DNA from: the human T2T-CHM13v2.0 reference genome, Homo sapiens
Reading direction: 5' to 3' (one strand)
Assembly (NCBI RefSeq): GCF_009914755.1
Contig: NC_060936.1
DNA length: 64,000 bases
This document shows, piece after piece, positions 53,900 to 64,000 of the stretch. The stretch's first letter is position 1, and each line of letters opens with the position of its first letter. The notes under the pieces were generated by a model. That model was not told the origin of the DNA and did no database searches. It was given only the letters and a program-made list of their open reading frames with translations. Position numbers and translations under genes: made by a program.

Positions 53900-54990
53900 G
53901 CGGGGTGGCAGGTGTCCGTAACTTCTTGTTGTGAGGACCAGAGGAGCAGCGCCCACACAGCGCTCAGTGAGGCCGGCGCTGCGCGCCTTTCCCCGGGTGG
54001 CCGTGATCGGAGGCAGCGCGTTCGGACCCCGGGCCGGCGGCGGGCGCGGGTGGATCGGCGCCTCGGGGCTGGATTAGTCGGGTCTGCCCGCGCCCCGCCC
54101 CCGCCCCGCCCGCGCTCCCGCCTCCCGCGCGCCCAGCTCCGCGCCCGCCGCCTCGGGGCCCGCGCCGCGCCCGACGTCCGCCCGGGAGCCCAGAGCGCAC
54201 CGAGCGCCGCCCAGAGCGCGCAGAGCCGGCGCGGCGGACATGCGCGTCCCCGGCCCGAGCTCCGGCTGAGCAGGGCACGCGGGGAGAGGGGTCGCCTGGA
54301 CGGGCCAGGGCCACCCGGGGCTCGCGCTCCACGCCCGCGTCCATGCAGCCCGGCTCCGGCCCCGGGACTAGTGGCGACTGCCTGGGGCGCCGGCGAGGTG
54401 AGTGCGCGCTGCGGACTCCAGAGAGGGAATTGGGACTTTGGGGGGACAGGGGAGGGGGAGCGACCGCCCCCCCAGAAGAGCGGGACGCCCGAGATCTCCG
54501 GGCCTTCTGCCCACACCGCCTCTCCCGGAGCCAAGCGCGGAGACCGCGTCCTCCCGGGGGCGCACGTGGCGGCGGGCGGGCGGGGGTGCGGCGCGGCCGA
54601 GGGTCCCAGGCCCGGGTCAGGGCACCCGGGGTCCGGGGGTGGAGGCGGGGCCGAGCGTTGTGGGTGGCGCGCGCCTTTGTCTGCGCCCAGGTGCGGAATC
54701 GGCCACCCGGGTTCCCGGCGCCGCGCTCACCTGCCCCGAGTTGGAGTTCTTTGTCTGGGGCGGGGCGCGGCTGGCCCAGGCTGCGCCGCGTGTCTGGCCG
54801 AGGCTGCTCCGCGGGTCGGGTCCTCGCAGACAAAGCGCGCCCTGACCTCCGCCCGCCGCCGGGATTGTGCACCTCGCGGGGGCTGAGGCTTGCCCGGGCG
54901 CCCCCGCTGCCTCTTCGCAGGGACCCTGAGCCTGCGGACCCGGAGTCCTCCCACCTGTACCCTGGGCTTGAGTGATCCTCCACCCCACGC
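53900..54990 (+). promoter_or_regulatory. Intragenic CpG island / probable alternative promoter in intron 5
   Basis: Very high CpG density, overlapping GC boxes ccccgcccccgccccgccc (~54093-54111), consensus donor GAG|gtgagt after 54397. Confidence 0.85.
54150..54397 (+). other. FBRSL1: Candidate alternative first exon of FBRSL1 (5' end uncertain)
   Basis: Consensus donor in a CpG island with no upstream acceptor; ATGs at 54240 (9-aa uORF) and 54343. Confidence 0.65.
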
Positions 54991-57189
54991 GGGCTAGGAG
55001 GCAGAGGCGGCTGCTCGTGCCTGGGTCACGTCCCTGCAGACCATGGCCGAGAAGTTAAGCGGGTCTGGTGGCCCCTGGGGCTGCCACCCCATTTGGGTCA
55101 TCTGGCCATTGCCAGAAGCCCTGTCCTAGAAGGGAAAGAGCTGAGGGACCGCGTGGAGGAACGAGCCCCAGAAGGTGCAGCTGCTGTGTGTGGTCTAGGA
55201 AGGGGTTGGAGCCTGGGCCAGGCCCCCAGAGGGCCGGCCCCTGTTCTGCTCTCAGCCCTCCCGGATGGGCGTGGCTGCACCTGGCCAGGTGTTCAGGTTC
55301 TCACTGTGAGGTGGAGGCCACCTGCCTCCGGGGCCTCTGCTAGGGCCGAGGACCCCTGGAGCACCCATTCTCAGCCTCCCTGAGCAAACTCGTCTGCTAA
55401 GTGTAGGGCCCACTGTGGCGTGACCAGAATGGGTGCTGGATGGCCCCAGCCGCGCGGCCCGTGCGGAAGACCCTCCCCTTCCTTGCAGCCCTCTTGGCTT
55501 CGCTGGTGTCTGGGGCGCCCCCTTGTGGCCCTGGGGAGCTTGTGTTCGAACCTGGGACGTGGAGCGGAACCCACTAGAGTGTTTGGGTCCCAGTGAAGGG
55601 GAGGGCAGCAGAGCCCCAGACAGGGCTCCAACCTGTGGTTACCCTAGAGACGAGGGCCGGCTTTGGGGGCTGTGCTTTGGGGTCTGCCTTTTGGGTTGGC
55701 CGTCAAACTGCGGGCTAAGCTGGCTTCTCCTCCCTCTGCCCACCTGGGAGGCCTCAGCACCCGCCTCCTTCCTGGCCCCTGGAGAGTCCTGGCGGCGTGG
55801 TGGGGCCTGCTGCCCCAACCACAGAGGGGGCAGTTAACAGGTGGGCCACCTGGCGAAGAGGCCACTCAAACCCGGGACGCCAGCCAAGAAGAGGGCCCGC
55901 GTGCGTGCCAGAGACAGTGCAGCCCCTCAGATGAGGGGTCCAGAAGTCCTCCCAGGAGGATGGTGCAGGCCCAGGAGAGACCCCAGGGGTCTGTGGCAGG
56001 CCTGGGTGTTCAGTGCCTGGTTCATGGCTGGCATGGAGCAGCACTGGATCCCCATCCTTGCTGTGTGAGGGGCCCAGATTTGGGGGCCTGGCCCAAGGGA
56101 GCACTTGGTGCTGGCACTGCTGGGGGATGGGCACGGCCGAGGAGGTGCCGAGGCCTTTCTGGGGAGCCGCAGTGCCCCCTGGAGGCCCAAAGGCTGGTGT
56201 GGACTCCTCCCTGCCCACCTGCACAGGCCCCTTCACTATTCCTCCCGTTTCTCTCGGAGTCCTTCCTGTTTCCCATGCTGGGATGGTCACTGCGTAGCCT
56301 GGGTCACCGGCAGTGGCTGGACGGGGCAGGGAGGTGGAGGCGGACCCCATGGGAGCCACACTTCTGGGGGATGATGTTGAGGCGAGCAGAGAGGAGAAAG
56401 CCACATGCCCCAACCTCCAGGCCCCCTGGCTTCCCAGGGGTGAGAGGTTCCTGTCCTTCTTTCTTTGTAACAAGCCAGGATTCTAGGGGTGGTGGCCGCA
56501 AGGCTGGGGGAGGGAGAGGGTCATCGGGGCCCTGGACTGGGGCTGGGAGGGTCCCTTTCTGGGGTGCCGGGGTCTCCTAGCTTCCATCCGACCCGGCCCC
56601 TGTGTGGTTGAGCTGGGTCTGAGCAGAAACAACCTCCTCAGAAGGATGTCCTACGTCACTGCCTGGGGGTTGGTGGCTGGGGGCGCTGGACATAGAGTTG
56701 GTGTTTCACCCCGCAGAAGCCTGGGCTGCAGGACCCCTACCCCTGCCGGCCCTCAGCAGGTGGACAGACCCCTCCCCGACCCCGGGACCGTACAGGGTGA
56801 GCAGACCAAGTAGCGTCAGTGCCAGGAGCTCAGCATCCCCTCCCACCAGCTGCACCGCAGCCCTTTAACACACGAACGTGCGGGGCCCAACCGCTGCTCC
56901 TTTCCGAGGGGCCCACCTTCCTCCAGTGCAGGGGCCCTTCCGGCGCGTGTGGGCGTGGCAGGCCCGCCTCGGCTCTTGCCATCTTACAGGCGTGGACCCG
57001 CTGCTCTTCTCTGTGGTTCAGGCCCTTGCGACGTGACTAGGAAGGGCTTCCCATTCCAGCAAGAAGGTGGAATCCACACCTGGTCTTCTCTGATACGTTG
57101 ATGGTTTTTCACTTCTATGTTTGCGATCTGTCTGGAATTATTTTCAGATACGAGGTGAAACAGGAGCTTGCTCTGAAGGACCTACGCCA

Positions 57190-57520
57190 CACCTGGCCCC
57201 CACAGCCTGCACCCCACACCTGGCCCCCACAGCCTGCACCCCACGCCTGGCCCCCACAGCCTGCACCCCACGCCTGGCCCCCACAGCCTGCACCCCACAC
57301 CTGGCCCCCACAGCCTGCACCCCACGCCTGGCCCCCACAGCCTGCATCCCATGTCTGGCCCCCACGTCTGGCCCCCCAGCCCGTACCCCATGCCTGGCCC
57401 CCACAGCCTGCACCCCACATCTGGCCCCCCAGCCCGTACCCCACGCCTGGCCCCCACAGCCTGCACCCCACATCTGGTCCCCACAGCCTGCACCCCACGC
57501 CTGGCCCCCACAGCCTGCAC
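57190..57520. repeat. 27-bp VNTR (cctggcccccacagcctgcaccccaca)
   Basis: Period 27. Confidence 0.93.
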
Positions 57521-57699
57521 CATGTCTGGGGTTTCTCATTCGGTTCTGTGGATCTCTGTCCGTCGCGGCATCTGTGGGAACTCTGGGGCTTCTCATTGCG
57601 CTCTTGGATCTCCTTCCGTCTGTCCGTTTGCCTGTCCGTCTGTCCCAGCATCGTGTCACATCTTTTTGTTGGTTTCCAGTGCTGTCATTTACTGGCAGT

Positions 57700-58090
57700 A
57701 AAATTCACCTATTTATTTTTGCGGTAAATGCAGCTATTTTAAGTGTGCGGTTTGCTTTTTGACACATACCTACGACTGTATACCCACCCCCGTCGCCCCT
57801 GAACCCCCGAGCTCCTGTGCACCCCCTGCACCCCTCCAGCTGACACATACCTACGTCTGTACACCCACCCCCGTCGCCCCGAACCCCTGAGCTCCTGTGC
57901 ACCCCCTGCACCCCTCGGCTGCTGTGGCTGGGGCCGCGCTCACGGTCACACGGCTGCGTGCTCTTTGTGGTCTGGCTTTGGCTCCTGTGATGTTTCTGAG
58001 GCTCACAGAGCGCGTGCCGACAGCAATTCCATATGTGGCTGAGGCAGACGCGCTCACTGTTGATCCGTCTGCCAGTTGCTGGACACGGGT
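57700..58090 (-). mobile_element. Old L1 (L1M) 3' end, antisense, containing an ~82-bp tandem duplication (57759-57915)
   Basis: attttaagtgtgcggtt...ttttgacaca; tctttgtggtctggctt...atgtttctgaggctca. Confidence 0.55.
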
Positions 58091-58174
58091 GTCCCTCTGG
58101 GCAGCTGGGCCTGGCTTCACCCCAGCCCCACACCAGGCCCCGGTGGACCCTGAGCCGCCTCCCCTCTGCCCTGA

Positions 58175-58877
<703 letters not shown>

Positions 58878-59379
58878 TCCTAGGTTTTAGTAGGTTGGAG
58901 AGCTGTGGGTCTCGCACGCTTCACCAGCCAAATTCCTAAGTCCCTTTTTATCGTTTTAACCCTAAGAGTCACAGGTCGTGTTACAGATCAGGGGGACAGA
59001 CAAGCACAGAACCCCCATCTCCCAGCACCCAGCCTCCGAGTCAGATGCCCCCCGCCCTGGTCTCTCACAGCTGTGCTCACTAGGCAAGCCTGGCCGGCCC
59101 CTCCCTGGTAGCAGTGAAGCTGTTGATTATGTTTGTCGTTGTTGCATTTCAGTTACACAAGTGTTACCAGAATGCAGTCTCCTTTATACAAACTTAAAAG
59201 TATGAGTTTAAGCCTAGTCTCTTGTGCCCTCCACCCCCGCCATTCCCAGAGGGGACTGCTCTCTCCTGGTGGACACATTCTACAATTTCACCAACATAGA
59301 CGCCGACACGCGGGCACCTACGTAAACACACATGCGATGCTCATGTAAACAAACATCCATGCACACACTGCCACCCAGG

Positions 59380-59650
59380 TACACACACCCGAGAATGTGT
59401 GTGTCCCTGTACGTGAACCCGAGTGTGCCCACGTACACGTACCCAACTGTCCTCATGTACACGTACCCGAGTGTGCTCACGTACACGTACCCGAGTGTGC
59501 TCACGTACACGTACCCAAGTGTGCCCATGTTCATGTATCCGTGTGTGTACGTACCCGAGTGTGTGTATGTGCCTGTGTGTACGTACTTGAGTTTGTGCCC
59601 ATGTACGTGTACCCGAGTGTGTGTACGTGCCTGAGTGTGTGTACGTGCCC
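59380..59650. repeat. ~24-bp alternating R/Y repeat (gtacacgtacccgagtgtgctcac)
   Basis: Directly visible. Confidence 0.85.
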
Positions 59651-59744
59651 AAGCACAGGCACATTGTCCAGATCCACATAACACTCCTTCTTTGCAGTTG
59701 CTTCCTCCACACACAGAGTGTCCCCCATCTCTCCAGGGTACACA

Positions 59745-60395
59745 CTGCAGTGTGGGTGAACGTCAAAAGCCGTGCAGTGAGAGAAGCCAATCACAGCAGG
59801 TCCGTGCCGCCTGACAGTGTTCACATGGAAGTTCGGAAAAGACGGCTCTGTAGAGACAGACAGATTTGTGGTTTCCCAGGGTTGGGGGTGACGGTTAGGA
59901 GTCAGGGTTTCTTTTTGGGGTGATGATAATGTTCTGTAATGGATCGTGGTGACAGGTGCATCACTGTGAACATACTAAACGCTAGTGAATTGTAAGCGTT
60001 AGACGGTGAGTTGGATGGTATGTGATTTACATCTCAAGTCTTAGTCCGTGCGGGCTGCTCTGGCCCAGTTCCGCAGCAGACATTCACAGCTCACAGTGCT
60101 GGAGGCCGCAAGCAGGTCAAGGCATGGCAGAGTCCCTGTGAGGGCTTCCTGGTCCATAGAGGGTGCCTCTCCGCTGCGTCCTCACATGGTGGAAGGGGCT
60201 AGGTGGCTCTGGGGCCCTTTATAAGGCACTGATGCCGCTCATGAGGCTCCACACTCAAGACCTCATGACCTCATCACCTTCCACCTCCTGATCCCATCAC
60301 CTGGGGGTGAGGATTTAAACGTGTGAATTCTTGATAGACAGAAACGTTGAATCCACAACTCAATGAAGCTGTTTAATCAAAAAAAAAAAAAAAAG
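59745..60395 (+). mobile_element. L1MB-like 3' end with poly(A), split by an MLT1A LTR
   Basis: agtgagagaagcca...gggtttctttttggggtgatgataatgttct...tgtgaacatactaaa...atctcaa, resuming tcaatgaagctgttt-A(n). Confidence 0.75.
60038..60358. mobile_element. MLT1A-like solo LTR
   Basis: gtcttagtccg...gggctgct...ctcacagtgctggaggc...tcctcacatggtggaagggg...ttataaggcact...ccatcac...ggattt. Confidence 0.8.
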
Positions 60396-60689
60396 AAGAA
60401 GAAGAAACTAGGAGGGAAATATCTATTTAAGGTCATTCTTATGAAGCTCATTCCTGGAAACTGCCGTGAAGTCCCCCAGAGCATGGGGCCCTCCGTCCAC
60501 CCCTCCCCATCAGCGGCCACAGGCCGACGCTCTCGCCTTGACAGGCCCACATTCTCGCCACCTGCTTGTGGCAGGTGGTTGAGCGAGTTTCTCTGGAAGA
60601 GATGGAGGAGTGGGGCTGAGCAATTTCTGCGATTGACCCTCTGAGAGCTCCCCCACATAGCCTGGGACACTCAGCTGCCTCTCAGCAAC

Positions 60690-60950
60690 ACTGGGCACCA
60701 GGCCTAGAGCTTGGCCGGCCTGGGAGCATAGCGCAGCATTCTGTGGCTGCTGGGAGCTTGGCCGGCCGCAGGCACATAGCGCGGTGTCCTGTGGGCTCTG
60801 GGCACCAGGCCTAGAGCTTGGCCAGTCCCCAGCACATAATGCAGTGTCCTGTGGGTGCTGGGAGCTCGGCCGACCCCAGGCACATAGCGCGGTGTCCTGT
60901 GGGCGCTGGGCACCAGGCCTGGAGCTCAGCCGGCCCGGGAGCATAGCGAG
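60690..60950. repeat. Composite ~107-bp tandem repeat
   Basis: ctgggcaccaggcctagagcttggcc...gcatagcgcggtgtcctgtggg. Confidence 0.8.
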
Positions 60951-61482
60951 GTGCCCTGCAGCCTTGCGGACCCACATGTCCAGCCTGGTCGGTATCCTGG
61001 TTCTCTCACTTTCGCCAGGGCGCCTGTGCTGGGCAGTGGTTGGGAGCAGGAGGTGTGTCCCGGGGCTCTCCATCATCCGCCTCTGGCCTGATGGGTGGGG
61101 GCCCAGCAGGGCCCACAGCTACTGGTGCTGGTTCTCCTGGGAGGGGTGCAGATTTGCCAAATGCCGGCGCTCCCCCAGTCCACGCCAGCAGCAGCCTTGG
61201 TTCCCGATCCCCCCACAAACCCCGTCTTCACTCAGACCCCCTCTAGGAAGCCTGCTGCTCTGAGCAGAGAGGGGCCTGTGTGTCCCCAGCGTGAGCACAT
61301 GTATACACATGCGTGGAGCTCAGGACTAAGCGTGTTCACCTCGTACACGGGGGCATCCACAAGGGCACATCCCGCCTGGCCCTGCTGGAAAACCACCCAG
61401 ACTTGTGTGTGGGCATTGGGCGCAAGGTCCACGAGGATGAGGACCACCCTGACTGCCCCTGACCCCCCTTCTCTCTCTCCAG

Positions 61483-61528
61483 GCATCCGTGGGCTCTGAG
61501 AAGCTCTTTGCGCCGGGAACCGATAAAG
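61483..61528 (+). CDS. FBRSL1: FBRSL1 exon 6 (46 nt, phase 0/1): ASVGSEKLFAPGTDK(G)
   Basis: Acceptor ccttctctctctccag|GCA, donor AAG|gtaagt; resembles AUTS2 ASDASSEKLF. Confidence 0.93.
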
Positions 61529-61974
61529 GTAAGTGGGTCCCCTCGGCCCAGCTCCTGGGCCTCTGAAGAGACACAATGCGCCCTGCGTCTTGGCGGCAGG
61601 ACATCCCCCTGAAGTCAGGGGAGAGATGGTCTTGGCACCTGGGGTGCAGAGCTGGGTGGGACCAGGGTGCTGGGATTGCTGGGAAGCCCCCAGGAGCAGG
61701 GGAGAGTAGACGAAGCCACTGAGCCCTAGGCAGGGCCTGGGCTCCGCTCGTAGCAGCGGCTCCCAGAGTGGAACCGTTAGGAATGTGTGCTCTCAGGCCC
61801 TCCCCAGGTTCGTGGGGTCAGATGCTCGGTACTGAAGGGCCACCTGCCACGAGCACCACAATCACCTGTGGCTGCTGAGTTAAAGAGAAACGGGACTGAG
61901 ACTCACTTCCCTGGCTCTGCTGCCTGCGCGCCTCTGTGGTGCAGTGGAGGGGCCTGGATTGCTGTTCCAGGCCA

Positions 61975-62150
61975 GGCCTTCGAAACCTGTGGCTGTGAGC
62001 TATGGGACAGGGTGTCTACAGGCCAGCAACCCTCTCCAGAGGGGGTAGCCCCGGCGTCTTAGGGGCCTTCGTAACCTGTGGCTGTGAGCTGTGGGGCGGG
62101 GTGTCCACGGGCCAGCAACCCTCTCCAGAGGGGATAGCCCCAGCGTCTTC
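61975..62150. repeat. ~89-bp tandem duplication
   Basis: ggccttcg.aacctgtggctgtgagct...ggccagcaaccctctccagagggg occurs twice. Confidence 0.85.
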
Positions 62151-63833
62151 TTAGGGCCTCCCTGGCGCTGGGATCCTGGGATTCCCACACCAAGGCCTAG
62201 GCGGGCAGCATCTCCGGCAGGGCCACGGGGTCTCGGCTCCTGCCTCCCTGGGTTTCCAGCTGGAACCACCCTTTTGCTGGGACGGCTTCATCCGGATGTG
62301 ATTGGACAGGACAGGCCCTGCCAATGCCGGCAAGGATGGGCCCTACTGCCCTTCAGCAGGCATGGCCTTCACCTGCCTTCAAGTTGGAAGCCTGTTCACA
62401 TCAGAGCATCACAGCAAAGCAGGCGCAGATGGGGTGGTGTCGGAAGGGGCGTGCATGGGACGGGCCCCGGTAGGAGAGGCAGCTGGCTTCGCAGACGGTG
62501 TCACGCGGGGCTGCTGAATACTCAGCTCACTGCCGCGGCTGCTGCCGCATCTGGACGGACAATGTCCCAGTGAGGGCTGGAGGTGCTAGAAGGGCACAGG
62601 AGGCCCCGCACGTGGGGTCTAGTCCAGGTCTGTGCGGCCCAAGCCTCTTTCCATCCTGATCACAGCTCTTACTATATGCAAGGCTGGCTTGGAGATGTGG
62701 GAGAGAGGAGGAGAGGTCCCGTGGGGCTGACCCAGGGAGCTGGGAAAGCCGGTGGAGATAGTGCCCGTGGGCTCCCTCTCTCCTGTGTCCTCCGCGCAGC
62801 CTCTCTGTGGTCGCTGGGTGGTGGCTGCTGTGGAAGGCCTGGCCCCAGGTGAAGAGTGAAGATGGGGCTGCTTCCTGCTGCCTGTTTTCACCTGGGAGGA
62901 ACTCCTTGAGGCCCCAGAAGACCAGGCCCCATGGTCACATGGGGCAGGGACGGCCGCAGCTGTCCCCATGGGCCATGGCTCACTGTCCCAAGGCCTCAGG
63001 AAGGAAGCAGGGTCTGCCGGGGACGTGAACAGGAGGCATGCGGCACGTGGAACGTTGTTTTGTTTCTCCTGCGAAACTGGCCCCCTGACCGTGGCAGCTC
63101 CTGACCCCAGGCAACAGGAGCTCCACCACATGGACGCTGCCCTCTCCTGACTCCTGGGGACTTGATCTGAGACCTGCCCGAAGGGGCCTGAAAAGGAGGG
63201 TTTGGGGTGTGCGGGGGTGGGGGGGGCAGGCCCCAGGGGCTCAGAGGGGCCCACAGGACCTGCGGGGGACGTGCCTAGGTGGGCAGAAGGGTGGCCAGGG
63301 AGCAGGGCTGAGGGTGGCGGGTGACGGGCAGTCACAGTAGGGGGAAGCCTCCCACCCAGTCCCTGCCCAAGTTTCCAGGAAGTGGTCAAGCCTTCCACCA
63401 GGGGGTTCCAGAAAGAAAAGGTGGTTACAGCTGTGGGCGCTGCTGTTGGGGTGGGGCAGACCCATGCCCTGGGCTGAGGGCACATCCAGGGGCCGTGAAC
63501 ATGAGGCCTAGGTACACAGGCCCTAGCTCCCGTGTTCAAATCCAGCTCCCCTCTTGGGCCAAGTCCTTGATGTATCTTGGTTTTGTCTGTTAAATGAGGT
63601 CATAGCAGCCCCTGTCCAGGGACTGACTCTTGCAGGGCCTGTCCTGTCCCTGCCAGTGATGCGTCTTCGGGCAGGTGGGCTACCCACCCCCACCCCTGGC
63701 CACGGCCCAGGCTCCCAAGCCAGCTCCCTCCGCCGGGCGGGGCCTGGAGCCTCGGGTGAGATCCAGCTAGCTGTGTGGCCTCCGTGCCTGCCTCCTCATC
63801 TGAAATGGGGGCATAGCCGGAGCCCAGACATAG

Positions 63834-64000
<167 letters not shown>

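Noticed and set aside
53912-54983. 324-aa (+) and 339-aa (-) Arg/Gly/Pro ORFs as independent genes
   Set aside because: Expected stop depletion in a CpG island; the + ORF runs through a consensus donor.

Overview
GC-rich primate genomic DNA, almost certainly human (Alu/MIR/L1/L2 repeats, many VNTRs), lying wholly inside one + strand gene. I recognise it as FBRSL1 (fibrosin-like 1, AUTS2/FBRS family of non-canonical PRC1.3/1.5 subunits; 12q24.33 from recall). Splicing six canonical GT-AG exons by hand (2218-2415, 19800-19889, 22019-22054, 42104-42133, 61483-61528, 63928->end) gives one open frame with AUTS2-family motifs (KDMALKP..., [32 protein letters not shown]). Exon 1 is upstream of the window; exon numbering is from recall. 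Nearly all other ORF-track entries are artefacts of high GC and tandem repeats. The most interesting structure is isoform logic: (1) an alternative terminal exon after exon 2, built from a degenerate 39-bp repeat, readable in two long sense frames from two acceptors 28 nt apart, with its own poly(A) signal; (2) an intragenic CpG-island promoter at ~54 kb whose ATG-bearing first exon is out of frame with exon 6 but in frame with exon 7. Also present: homeodomain-motif-rich AT islands, two three-armed Alus, inverted repeat pairs and about 20 tandem arrays. Repeat boundaries are approximate and subfamily calls are by eye. I see no prokaryotic-type system, CRISPR array or structural RNA gene.
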